From Paragordius varius (taxonomy: Eukaryota; Animalia; Nematomorpha), in the NCBI GenBank assembly GCA_964247055.1, contig OZ176056.1, forward strand, positions 1,798,001 to 1,862,000: DNA of 64,000 bases, in the 5' to 3' direction. The notes below the pieces were generated by a model. The model was not told where the DNA came from. It made no database searches and was given only the letters and a program-made list of their open reading frames with translations. Positions 1 through 13,282 of this stretch are shown piece by piece. Within the stretch, counting starts at the first letter, position 1; each line of letters begins with the position of its first letter. The position numbers and the translations under genes are program-made.

Positions 1-1096
1 TAAATTTAATAAATACAATGCGTAATTTTCTCAACTTTAAGATTAGTCTTTGTTTTATTTTTCCCTTCAATTTTCGAAATTTAAAAATCAAATTTATTTA
101 TGGGTAAACTTGGTGAATAGTGTTACTACAAAATTTGATCTATAATATTCATGGAAAATCATCCAAAAATATTATATATGACAAATAAATTATTCAGGTG
201 CCGGCTTTAGATTTCTAATGGCTTCTTCCAAAACTTCTAAAATTATAAATTAAATACAGTTATGATTAAATTTATAATTATAATGTCACTGTATGTTATA
301 GTTTAAAATTTATTTGTTATCTATATATATATACCTTTTGATATTTCAGGATCCTCCAATCCTAATGCATCTAGTTAAAAAATTGTTTATTTGGTTAAAA
401 TGGAATTTTATTATAGTAAATAACAAATTAGAAAATGTATTGAGTATTGTTAAATATTTTTTATATCTTAGGATGTATACTGTAAATAAAACTTCATTGT
501 CAATTTATACCGAGGATTTCAAATTTTCTAGTTCTTAATTATTAGGAGTTTTTTATGTGTGACAGGATTATCAATTTGCTTATATTACAATCGATATAAA
601 AATTAATAAAATAATTTTTATAAATAATAAATTACTCTCAAATCCTTCTGGAAACATGGCGCCTATATCATTAAGAAAATATATAAAGTTATGCCATATA
701 ACCAAATATTTGATATATTTTAATTAACAATATTTCATAAAATTTTATAATTAATTAAGTATTTTGTAAGTAATAATTTTTTTCCCATTTTATTTAACAA
801 TTAATAATAATAATATAAAAATTAATTACTTTCAGTTGCTTTGTCGATTAAATCTAATTTAAGGCAACATAATTATGAAAAAATGAAGCCCGCTATATAT
901 AAGGATCCTTTGTTGTTAAATGGATAAAAAGAAATCTTTAAAAATTGAATTATGGTTTTTATGGATTAACCATTATTAAAGTAATTTTATTAAAAACCTC
1001 ATATTTTGGTTTTTTTTATTTCATGGATGTTCTTTCAAATTATAAAACTATAAATATCCGTATCATACTGTAATTAAATTTTAAATTTTAAATATA

Positions 1097-1313
1097 CAGT
1101 AAAAATTGAATTATACAGACAAAATGTAATTTCAAAATACAATCATACTTTTTTATATCTTGATTTTTCTTATATAAAATATTTACTAACCACTGTAAAA
1201 TAAATTGATTGTGTTTCCAATATTCATCAGATGACTTAAAAATAAGATTTAATAGTATGGTTGTTTTTTAGAAAAATATCTACGTTTTGTCCGTGTAATT
1301 CTATTTTTTACTG
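1097..1313. mobile_element. Tc1/mariner-type MITE (CAGTAAAA family)
   Basis: TA-CAGTAAAAATTG..TATACAGACAAAA ... TTTTGTCCGTGTAA..TTTTTACTG-TA. The paralogous copy lies at ~42,570-42,789. Confidence 0.8.
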
Positions 1314-2239
1314 TATTAATAAACTAATAAATAATTAAATAGAAATGCTATTAAAAATTAATTTTTAAAATATTATAAATTTATTATAAGCCTAAATAAA
1401 ATTGTTTGGTTTGCGTGTGTTAAAAAGATAATTTTTATGTCACCTTGAATAGTGTCCATCATATCTATATAAATATTGTTTAAAGCCAATATTTTTATAT
1501 ATTAAAATCTGTAAAAAAATTAGCAATGCAAAAAATATACTGCTAATGCACTCTTTCAAAGCTAAATTATATATATATAATATATTAAATTTGTTAATAA
1601 AAATTTCAATTTTTAGTATTATAAAGCATACATTTTATGGATATTTTCATGCCATCTATGAAATAATTTATATAAATATTGAATTAACAAAACACAAATA
1701 GGTAATCTAACTTCATCTTTAAAGAGTACCTGAAAAGTACAAGACTGTCATTTTTTTCAAAATATTTAACAATTTTAATCCTATATGTGCGGTTGGAAAA
1801 TCAGCGTGTCTCTGAAACCTAAATGGCTTAAATAAATATATTTTAAAAACCGGCACTTTTAATAATTATTCGAATTTATTGTTATTACTAATCTAGGTGA
1901 TTTTAAACAAATGTCGTCAATTAATACACAATAATTATTTTGAGCATTATATAAATTTCTTAACTTATCACAAAATTTATCCCAATGTGGGCTCTTATAA
2001 TAATCTTTACATACAATTTTTTTTTTCATTAAACCAGGTTTTATTAATTATATAGAATAATTACCAATTTTGGCCCGATCTATCCGAAATTTAATGATTT
2101 AATTAAAATAAAAATTACTTATATTTTCTGGACCTAATCACGAAGTAAAATATTTTAAAATATAATAATTATTATGAAAACTATATAATAAAAATATATT
2201 ACTAATATTTCGCGTTTCCTCCAAAAAGTTTTTTGATAC

Positions 2240-2244
<5 letters not shown>

Positions 2245-2280
<36 letters not shown>
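2245..2280. repeat. (TA)n microsatellite
   Basis: Pure TA run. A shorter paralogous run lies at ~43,743-43,762, and others at ~13,376-13,398, ~20,721-20,753 and ~21,217-21,265. Confidence 0.95.
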
Positions 2281-2282
<2 letters not shown>

Positions 2283-2809
2283 ATAATTTTAATTAAAGAT
2301 ATTTAAAAAAACTAAAATTGCTATAAAATTAACATAAAAATCATAGAATTAAGATTGGACCCTAAAATGTATTGAGTATATTGTACTTTTAATTCAAAAA
2401 TAAAAGGTCATTGAGTTATAAAAATCGGTATATATGCCAAATTTAAAATTTGATGGTATTAATTTATTAGAGTCTTTAGTAGTTCTTGGGAAAAATACAA
2501 TAAACATCAATAATCAAAAAAATCTTTTTAAATTTATTCCGTCTTAAATGATATGATTCTATCAACCATTTTTACCAAACGCAACATTTTTATCCAAATA
2601 AAATTTAAAATGTTTATTTAAGTTGAAAAAATGTTGCGAAGAAATGTTGCTTTTGATTGAAAATAATGCGCTCAAGATTATAACGGTTTCTTTTATGTTA
2701 CTTTCCTTTGTCTATTGTATCAATTTATATGTATTGATTCTCACATTTAATTTCATTTTATAATTTTTACTTTGTTATACTTTTTTTAAGTTTTTTCTTT
2801 TAACAACTG

Positions 2810-2840
2810 CTGATGATGCCATTAGGCGAAAATTTAAGTC
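2810..2840 (+). ncRNA. Degenerate hammerhead-like motif in a Penelope-like remnant (~2665-2905)
   Basis: CUGAUGA-U-GCC-AUUA-GGC-GAAA-AUUUAA-GUC inside a ~240-bp T-rich segment absent from copy B. Stems I and III pair poorly. Confidence 0.45.
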
Positions 2841-2999
2841 TATAATAAATTTATTTTTATTTTCTTTCATTATTCACGACGTTAAACGAATTTTATAATA
2901 AAAAATAGTCGGGCTTTTTGAAAATCAAATAAAATTTTAATAAATGAAAATAGATCACCTACTATAAAGTAATTTTCAAAACATTTTGCCGTATTAAGC

Positions 3000-5900
3000 T
3001 GCCTAGAAGTGACATTTCTGGGTTAATTTTATTTAAAATAGTGGTGTTTGAAAGTTTGTCTGTCCATTTTATTTGGAGAAGTTCAAAAGAATTTATTTGA
3101 CGTTCGTTATATTTTTTCAGTTTCTAGCCTTCCCCCCATACATGAATGTGGAAACTGTAGCCTTGATTAATCTGATTTTGGTTTTTAGTTTGTCATGCGA
3201 CATCCAAATCTTGTATATTTGAATGTGACTGCTTTAGCAATAGCAATTCTTCGCTTTCTTCCTGGCGTAGAGTTGTTCCTACTGTTAATAATGCTACCTA
3301 AGTACGTGTAACTGTTTACTGTTTCAATCCGATTGTCGTTGAGGGTTATTGGATTAGTTTAAGCCGGGTTGATTTGCATAACTTTTGTTTTTTAAAATTG
3401 ATATTTAATCCAAGTTTATTGCATTCAGTTGTAAACACTTGCAAGGCTTGCTATAATGTGTTTACACTGTCTGCAAATAAGACTGTATCCTCCGCGTAGT
3501 GAACGGATGTTAGGTTTCCACTTACATTAATGCCATAAGTTTCTGTTATTCTTATTATGCATTCGAGGTATGCGTTAAAAAGAATTGGGAATAAAACGCA
3601 TCCTTGAAGTAGGCCGACTTGTACCTTACATGAGTCAGATATACCGTGAGGTGTAGATATTACAGCCGTTTAAATAAATTGAGAATATGACGTTGATTAG
3701 ATGTGTTGATACTCCAAGTTGTTCTAGAGCTTTACGTAATATATTGTGTTGGATGGAATCAAATGCTTTGGAAAAATCGACAAAGCACATATGCAGTTCT
3801 TTGTTGAATTCGATGTGTTTCTCGATTATCCACCTCATGTTACATATCATATCTCGGCATCCTCTACCTTTTCGAAAACCAGCCTAAATCGTGGATATCT
3901 CGGGGTCAAGAATGGTATTTAGTCGAAACTGTATTACACTAGTCGACAAATTTGGACATTTTTAAGCACCACCACTCAAACTTTTTAAATTAGACTAATT
4001 TTAGTGTTTTAAAACTGAATTTAAAAAAAATTTTAATTTCGCCAATCAGAATTTTGAAATTTTATAGGTTTTTCAATTTTTCAAAAACAAGAGAAAATCG
4101 AGAGAAAATTAAATATAACCTTATAATAAAATGTTATTATATTATAAATTTAATATCATTTAATAAAGCGTTTTAAACTCTATCTTTTGAATATAAATAT
4201 GTCATTTAAATATCAGAAAGAAAAAAATAGTACGGACTTAAACATCAAAATTTAGTCTTTTTTTCAAATGAATTTTTAACACATATATAATTTTTTTAAA
4301 AAAATACTAAAAAAGGCATTCTATGGTTTAAACCTTCGGCTTTCAGATAGGCTATATTTTTTTGTTAGTTTTCGTTCTTTTGAGTACTTATTAGACTTTT
4401 TCTCTTGAGTTGGTTATTATAAAAAATCCTTATTTATACCTAGTGGATATAACTTATTTTTTTAAAAATTATTGGTTGTTTTGTATTTTGAATTTCAGAT
4501 GGATGTTGTGTAGCCACTTTTAGTAGAATTTACTGTTATGGGATTGGACCATTTGTATTTACCTAATTTATATTCAAATTAATTGCAGAATTTATCTAAC
4601 TTTATTCAGTAAATTGGTTAATTTGACATGTCAATTTGCCTGGATTTTGCTTGCAAGTCTCTCTTATCGGACTTTACGATTATATATTGTTATCTTTGCC
4701 ACATCTGGCATAATTATAGGATCGCTTGGGGGATATGCAGAGCTTGTGCAGCCGCCCGGATCTATCACACTATACATAAGCCCCATGATTTTTAATAATT
4801 TGGCTCTTAGCTTGTTTAGTATCTTATTTAATGCCTAGAATTTGTTATCCATGCATGGAATATTACTTGTATCGACTTGCTCGTTTGAATATTTAAACAT
4901 ATGTGCATGAGGAATGATTGTTATTTTTGAATTAAATACAAATTTAAAAATTAAATTTTGCAAAAATCCTATTGGTGGCCTCAATTTTCTTTTTTGTTTT
5001 GGCCATGCCATTAGGTATTAGAAAATGCAAAAATAATGGGGTGGTGCAAAACCTTGTTGAGCAGTGTTATTTTTAGGAAAACTTTGGACACCTGGTTTAT
5101 TAGCGCTATGGTGCGATAGTTGCCGCACGGTTACCCTTTTTTTAAATAGGAATCATAATGGATGTGCACCAATCCTCAGGAATTTTTTTCATCTCAAATA
5201 TGGTATGAAATAATTTGGTATGTATATCGATTGGGATATATTTTATTATTTCAGTAGGGATGTCTCTGTGCTCCTCTGATTTGCCTGTACTAGAGTGTTT
5301 TATCGCGAATTCCGATTCTTATTTCATTATAGGTGGTTCTTTTTGTTGAGTAAGTTCGTTAATAATCTGGGGGTTATTTACGTTGTATAGTTAACTTATG
5401 TGTTTGTGCCAGAGTTTGCGAATTTCGTCTTTTTCAGTGACGATTGAGTTGTTGTCGCTTCTCATAGGTCTTAATAATATTGTTTGTATAGCAAAAAGGT
5501 TTCGGTGATTTTTGGCGTCTGTTTCTAATTTTTTACATAGTGGGTCATAATACTTATTTTTGTCTTCTCTTGCACTCTTCTGAAATTCCCTGTTTAGTTG
5601 TTTGTATTCATCCCGTTTGCATTTAATTTTGGATTATCTACGTTTTTCTGCGATCTCGAGACTTTTGGTTGACAATTTTATTTTTTGTTTAGTACGTTTG
5701 AGAGGCTGTATAAATTCGTCGGCTGTGTCTCTGCAGATTGTGTGTATAGCGTTCCAAAAGGAGTTTATATCCTGATAATTTTCGAAATTATGATCAAGAC
5801 AATCGAAACGATTTGATAAAGCGGTGCTAAACTTGTCGTCGATTGTATCATAATATAATCTTGTTCTGGTGTGTTTGGATATTTTGGGAAGTTGTAATTT

Positions 5901-6780
5901 AATGCAGAGTTTGGCGATAGGTTGTGGTCGCGTAGCAATTCGATCCTGGTAGGCATTTGACATTATGAAATGAACTTTTATATTTTACCATACCTAATAT
6001 GAAGATTTGGTTACGGTATCTTTGACACGTGGAACGCCATGTGTAGACGTCGTTTGGGGTGTTCAAAAAACGTGTTTGCGACGAAGAAAGGATGGTTAGC
6101 ACAAAATTCAATCAATCTGTCTCCTCTCTCGTTTTTTCGCCCAAGCCCATGCCGCCCGTCATAGGAGGTGTTTTGTCTCTTCCTATGATTGAATTGAAAT
6201 CGCCTAAGATAAATATGATATCTTTTTTTGAGATTTGGGAAATCGCCAAATCGAGATCGCTGTAAGAGGAGGTAGGGGCGTAAATTTGAAAGATAGTAAT
6301 GCGTTGAGGGGTTGTTTGTATGCGGATTGAATTATACGTTCATTGATTGGTTAAAAATGTCCGATAAGTTAGCTAGCTTTTCGTTCATTATTATACTGAC
6401 ACCGTTGTATTTTAACGAGTCGTGGCCGGACTATTACAAAATATGATTGTCAAATTCTAAAGATCTGATAGAGATAATGTGTGATTCTGAAATTCCTAGC
6501 ATGTCAATTTTATACTTAGTCATTTCGTTAACTACTATATCTAGTTTGTGATTGTTGTAGGCTCCACGTAAGTTCCACGTTGCGATGCGGATGAGATTAA
6601 GTGATTTCAACATTAACAGAATATGCTTAGAATGGGAGAATGTGATGAGAATGATATGGATATGTAAGGAATATAATATAACTATTTCTAATATTCGGAG
6701 AAGGTATAAAATCAATGTTTTTGGTAAAAAAGATCGATAAGAGATGGGTAGGTATACCGTACCTTTCCCACTCGATTAAA
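3000..6780 (-). mobile_element. Decayed RTE-clade non-LTR retrotransposon (APE + RT), interrupted by a DNA transposon
   Basis: APE motifs IATWNLRG, LGISE and ILGDFNS (~5990-6620). RT motifs IPEDWCTSIMIPI..KKG, NYRTIALINQVSKVFLKI (5068-5340), QAGFRKGRGCRDMICNMRWIIEK, CFVDFSKAFDSI, QGCVLFPILF and YTYLGS (3010-3935). Many stops and frameshifts. Absent from copy B. Confidence 0.9.
3936..5067 (-). mobile_element. Non-autonomous Tc1/mariner-like DNA transposon inserted in the LINE RT
   Basis: ~30-bp imperfect TIRs (ACACTAGTCGACAA..GCACCACC / GGTGGTGC..TTGTTGAGCAGTGT). The LINE RT frame resumes across it. A second copy lies at 11,973-13,282. Faint transposase-like traces (MVCGYI..GGLHK in the second copy) resemble the Tc1 MVWG region. 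Confidence 0.75.
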
Positions 6781-9700
6781 AGCATGTGTTTACATGCGTG
6801 ATAAAACGTATTTTTTAAAAAGTCAGTAAACCTATCAAGACATCGGTTCAAATGTTAAAAACCGGTATTAAAAAGTTTTACTATAAGCCAGGTTTTCCAA
6901 ATTTTAAGAGATATGCTGTTTATTATAAATTTTTTACAACCCGATTGTGATTATAACCGAGCAGAAACCATTCTGATTTTGGTTCCACTTTTTTTGACCT
7001 GGATCCAGGCATTAGTTTTCATGTTTTGTCCTTATAATTTTAATTTTTATTAATATAGATTATAAGTAAGACTTATACCTTCCATAAGATTGGATCCTTC
7101 TGCAGATGTAAAATAAAATAAATATATTCAATATATTACTAAATACCTGTATTCAAATTTTCGACATCTGAAATATATGGTTTATATTATTAGAATCATA
7201 ACGATATATGTGCAAAAATGATTTTCAAAAATTGCTCAATTATCTTTAAAGATGTATTTCATTAAAATATTTAATATATAAGAAATTTAGAATTGAAAAA
7301 CATACGCTCCAATATTTGTCGGCCTATAAAATTAAAGTGAAATAAAATTCATTTTTTTGAAAAAAAGTTTAATAATATAATTTTTTTGAATTGTACCTTG
7401 AACGATTCTGTCATGACTAGTTTTAAATCTTTTGCCTTATGTAAAATATTATGGATGGTTTACTTGGTTGAGGTTCTAAATATGAGAAACGCTAAAGTGA
7501 TGAAAAGTTTTTTGGTTACCTTTTTTTAAAAAAAATATATATTTTTTTTAATTAAATGAAGCTTAACTAAAAGGAACTACGTTCAAACGACTTTATAAAA
7601 CTAATTACCTCACTTATGTTCTTAAAGTGCTGAGTACTCAATTTTATATTTTAAAATTTATTTAAAAATTGACCAAGATTTAATCTCTATATTTAAACAA
7701 TTTGCAAAAAATATCAGCTTTAATATTAATATTTCTTTTTTGGATAAAAATATAAATCATACCGCTTATATCATCGTCAACTACATCAGAGTCTAAATTT
7801 AGGGAATATACATATGTAAATTCTTATCATCAGAATTGGAATCAGCAAAAATTAAGATTCTTAAGAACTAACTTAATTTCGTTAAATTTTGAATATCGGT
7901 CAACTGACCTCTGAGTTTATGCTTTAATCTTTACAAAGATGATATAAATTAGTTATATAAAAAATTAATATTTCGTGATTATTTTTCAACTTTTATGTAA
8001 AATATGGTTTTTTAAATTGCCACATATCTTTTTAAAGGTGTCTATTTTGATTGAATATTAATTAAAAGGTTAAAAAAATTTTCATCAGTTTTTTTGGAGA
8101 CCTATTTTTATAATTTGGTTTCATGTCATGTGATATGGACTCAGACATTTCATAATTGATATAATATTTAGCCTACCTAGTGTTAAACTGCTCATATGTG
8201 TAAAAAATTAGGTAACAAAAACAATATATGTATTAAAAAAGGCTTTAAATTATTTTAATAAATAACAAATTTTTAATAAATGTTATTTTAAAAATTATTT
8301 TAATTAATACTCTTTTTAAACTAAAAATTTATTTTAAACATAATTTTACATCCACCATAACATATGATATTTTTAAAATTTTAAAAGCGGGCACGGCTAA
8401 GGTCATATAATCTAAAACATTTTTTTATAAAAAAACTACTTCTTTGAAGGCCAGATGGTCCAGGTTGGGGTTCTGTGGCCTCTGTTTTAAATATAATTTA
8501 AAAAAATTAATATGTATTTAAAGATTAGAGCATATATAAAAATTTTAACCAGATGAGCTTTGCGGGGTAATTTCAGCAATGGCATTATCAGAAATTAAAA
8601 AGAAAATGAATAATTTTTAGTCCAAAATTATATAAATCGCAATCGATTTATAATACTATTTCCTACTTCCTTATTATTAGTCTTAAACTTGTATGGACAA
8701 TAATTTATAATGCAAAATTAATCAGATACCTATTAAAAAATACCTTCAGTTGATGGTGGATCCACTCTGGGCCCTGATAAAAATTAAATATTTGCTTTTA
8801 GTTATAAAGTAGGATTTTTTGATTTTTGAACATTAACTGCCAAAAATACTTAGGTTAGGGTGTAATACAGACAAAAAAAGTAAAAAATGTTTCTAAAAAT
8901 AACGGTAGTTGAACATTTAAAATTTGTTAATTGCCATCAAAAATTAACACTAACTTGTCATTACCTGGTTCGAATTGAGCCAATTCGCCTTCATTTTCTA
9001 GATTTTTAGATTTATTTTAAATAAACATATAAAAATTTACAAAATAGATTTTAATTGGTTTGAAATAGTTTAGCGAAGCAAATATTTAATTAAATAATTT
9101 TATACAATTTGCAATGTGTTTAATTACTTATTGTAATATTGAAAAACCAAAAATTACAAAACAAAAAGTTATTTTTATATGAAACAATCTAATTATTATA
9201 TATATTATTACCAGTATTAGCAATTGTTTCAACCAATTTAGCTGCTTCAGTGATTTCCACTATTTCAAAAAAAATAAAATTTATAAACCAAAATATAATT
9301 TATAATATATGGTTAATTTGATAATCAATTTTTATATAACATATAATTTTTTGATCAAATATACCTCCATCTAGAATATTTGGATTTGTAAAAGATTATT
9401 TGAGTTTTACCTGTGAGTACAGTGGCTACATATTTAAAAATGTGTATTATAAATTATATTTTTATCTAATTAAAAATATTAAAAATTATCGATGAAGTGA
9501 CCGTTTTTTAACAAAGCAATTAGTAAAAAAAATTTATTTTATGAAAATACTAAAATAAAGTTGCAAATTCATACAAAAATTACAAGGCTATAATTTATTA
9601 TGGTTATATTAGGTGAATAACTTATTAAAACTCTGTTTGTAATTAAAGAAAATTAATAATAATATATATTATTTTATTGGAATTTTTAAAGAACTCTTTT

Positions 9701-10154
9701 GTCTTTGTAAAAAAGAAAAATGACAATATGCAAAAATTAATTTTTATAAAAATCAGAGTCCTTATACATTTCGAGACCTGCCTTAATTGGCCCTCCCAGC
9801 AAACTATAGCAACGCGCAAAAAAATAAACTCATGTTTCGATGTATATAGAGTCTTGCTTTAAATAATAGTTTTGACTTGTTAGGTTTTTGGGGACCTCAT
9901 AAAGAGCAAAAAGCAATAAAATCAATTAAAAAGTAATCATTTTTAGGCTTTTAAAAATAAATATGGAAATTTATTTAAAAACGTGTCATAGAATAAATAA
10001 AATTTGCGAACGGTTTCGGAGACTATAACGTACGTCCGTCCTCAGCGTTAAAAAATGGCCAAAATATATTGTTGATATTTTGCAAATAAATCTGGATTTT
10101 TTTTCCGTATCAAATTTCTCGGTATGGTAATGTTTCGGTTTAGTGTTAAATGTA

Positions 10155-10714
10155 CAGTAAAAATTGAAATTATACGGACAAATTCTAATAATATTAAGAC
10201 AAATATTTTCTTTCTAAAAGATAACCATACTTTTTAAATTTTAATTTATTTAAATACAGTAAAATTGAAATTATACGGACAAAATCTAAAAATATAAAGA
10301 CAATAGACAGTCACACTTTATAAAACTGAGATTTCAAAATTTTAATTGTTTAAAAATTGTAAAATAGGATATATAAATATATTGATAACACAATCAATAA
10401 CATATTTTATATTTTGTATGTAAATAATTTATATGGAAAAATTTAGATTTAAAAAAGTATGGTTGTCTTTTAGTAAAAATATTTGTCTTTAAATTTTTAC
10501 ATTTTGTCCGTATAATTTCACTTTTTACTGTATAATTCCTTGTTTTAAACTGTAAAGTATGAAATAGAGATATATATTGAGAACATGATTAATTATGTAT
10601 TTTATTGCGATATTTATAGGATAAATTTATGGGTTAAAAAATATGGTCATCTTTTAAAATAAAAATATTGTCATTACATTTTTACGTTTTGTCCGTATAA
10701 TATCAATTTTACTG
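10155..10714. mobile_element. CAGTAAAA-family MITE with a nested copy of the same family (inner 10,257-10,530)
   Basis: Two left ends (10155, 10257) and two right ends (10530, 10714), each bounded by TA. Related compound copies lie at 49,284-49,731 and 15,977-16,515. Confidence 0.75.
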
Positions 10715-11972
10715 TACTGTATATATATAAAGGTTAAATGAAGCAATTTTAAATGCAGCTCAAAGAAAATAAGTAATGACTGGACAGAAACAATATTTAC
10801 ATATTTTTAATTCATAAAATAAAAGATTCTAGCCAATAATTTTTAATTAAAATAGGGAGAGTTAGGATCAAATATGTACTAGATATATTCATACTAACTA
10901 ATTTTATAAATTCATATCTTAAAAAGGTCAAATCAGTTAACCACTTTGTAACAAAACTTGTTCTTTATGCAAAACTATGCTTTGTGATACTATACGGACA
11001 AAAAAATGGATTTCTTACAAAGTCAAATATTGATTTGCCCTAATTTTTCCCCATTTTAATTTTATGTTTTTATTTAGTTTTTTAAGAATTTAAATCTCAA
11101 TTTATCATTTTGTAAACGACAAAAGGCTGAGTTGATTTTCAATGTCAACATTTTAAGAAAGTGTTGTCTCTTATAGAAAGCCCTTTTTTGAGTTTTTCCG
11201 TTTTGTTTGTATGATTATGGTAAAATACTAATTTCAAAATAAAATTACATTTTACATCTAATAAATACCCGAACTTTTATTCGGTATAAAATATTTGCAA
11301 TATAAATTAAATCATTAGTGCTTACCTGCCACTAAAAATATTAAATAATATAACTTAATTAAAAATATTTTTAGTCAGATATTTTTATAAATTGGTAAAT
11401 TTCAATCATAAGAATTACACGTTCATTTTAACCATTAATAATAACTAGTTTGAAATATGTATGTGAAATTTAAAAAATTTTGACCAAGATATAACAAAAA
11501 ACTAATTTAAAGTAATTTTAAAAGATTTAACTTTACAATGTGATAACTCACCAAAAATGTAAATAATTTATCAATATTGGATAAAATATAATTTAGTTTT
11601 GATTATTTCTATATTTTTTTATTAATCTCAACGGTTAAAATTACTAACTTTTTTGTTTGATATAAAGCAATTATGAAGAAATACCTTGTGGAGCTAAAGC
11701 ACCTAAGAAGTTTATAAAGCAAAATATATTTCGCATGATACAAATATATCGTACCAATTCCGAACGCTGCAACAACTAATTTATATCAATGATAAAATAA
11801 AATTAGTAATTAAATTTTTAAAACAAAACTCTTCGATATTTAAACAAAATTTTTTAAATAACTGGTGTAATTATTCTTTTTAGGCTTAAATAATGATGTA
11901 ATCCTTAAAATAATGTTTTATCCAGGGGCGTATCCTGCACCGCAATCCTTCAAAACATTTTTGTGAATTATT

Positions 11973-13282
11973 ACGCTAGTCGACAAGCATTTTTGAGCAC
12001 CACCACTCAAAATTTTAAATTATGACTAATTTCAGTGTTCTAAAACCGAATCTAAATTTTGATCCCCCCAATCAGAATTTTGAGATATTATTGGCTTTTT
12101 AATTATTCAAAAACAAGAGAAAATCAAGAGAAAATTAAATATAAATTTATAATAAATGGTTATTATATTATAAAATTAATTTCATTTAATAAAGCTATCT
12201 TTTAAATATAAATATGTTATTTAAATATCAGGGAGAAAAAAATAGTACGGATATAAACGTCAAAATTTAGTCTTTTTTAGTTAATTTTAAACACGTACAA
12301 AGTTATATTAAAAAAATACTAAAAGATGCATTCTATGGTTTAAACCTTTGGCTTTCAGATAGGCTATATTTATTTTGTTGGATTTTGTTATTTCTAGGTA
12401 TTTTCTATTCGGCTGACTCTTATAAAAAATCTTCTTACTTATACCTAGTGAATATTATTTATCTCTAAAATGATTGGCTTTTATTTAAATTTGGATGTTT
12501 GGCAGCCACTATTACCTGGATTATGGTAATATACCATAATAATATTATAAACTGCAAGCATTTGAACTTCTCTAATCTTCTTATACAATTACATGGTCAA
12601 ATCTGTCTAACTCTATTCTGTGAATTGGTTAATTTAACATGTCAATATAGATTTTGCTGAAGTTACTACTTTATATTGAACCTCTCTCCTACCGGGCTTT
12701 AATCCTCATTATTGTATACCTTAGCCATATCTGGCATTATAGGATTGCTTCGGGGATTTTTGCAGGGCTTATGCAAGCCACCGGGATATACCCACACACC
12801 ATATATTATCCTTTTGATTTTTAATAATCTTTGGCTCTTAGCAATATATTTTAATTCGATATTCTATAAGTTTTACAAAATATTTTATTTAATGCATATA
12901 ATTTTTAATTAATATATCCAATAAATTGATATTTATTTATTGTATATTGTCCATTTCTTTGTCAATAACATTTTCTGCATAGTCTTCGTTTAATCTTCTG
13001 TAGTATCGTATACAGGGTCTGGTATATTTGAATCATTTATGCATTTTAGTTCTATTTTAATAAAAAACCTGGCTTTGGAATACCACTTCTTTTGACTTGC
13101 TCGTTTAAATATTTAAATATATGTGCACTAGGAATATTTGTTTTATAAAATTAAATACAAAATAAAATTTTTAAAAAATCCTATCGGGGGCCTCATATTT
13201 TAATTTTGATTTGGCCTTTCCATGCCATTAGGTAACAGAAATGCAAAAAAATGGGGTGGTGCAAAACCTTGTTGACCAGTGT
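11973..13282 (-). mobile_element. Second copy of the same Tc1-like element
   Basis: Same TIRs and internal homology to 3936-5067. Empty site GTGAATTATCAATT is present in copy B at ~50,957-50,970. Confidence 0.8.

Noticed and set aside
1220-1240. Other CTGATGA matches on the minus strand (~1225, ~7826, ~8083, ~42700, ~46067)
   Set aside because: None has stem II-GAAA or stem I pairing in context.
9212-11775. VWA-like (TVLTDG..EAAKL; VVAAIGIG) or FG-GAP-like (DSVIDGKKLLAASP) assignment for the gene product
   Set aside because: The motifs are too short and out of the expected order, so no family call is supportable without a profile search.
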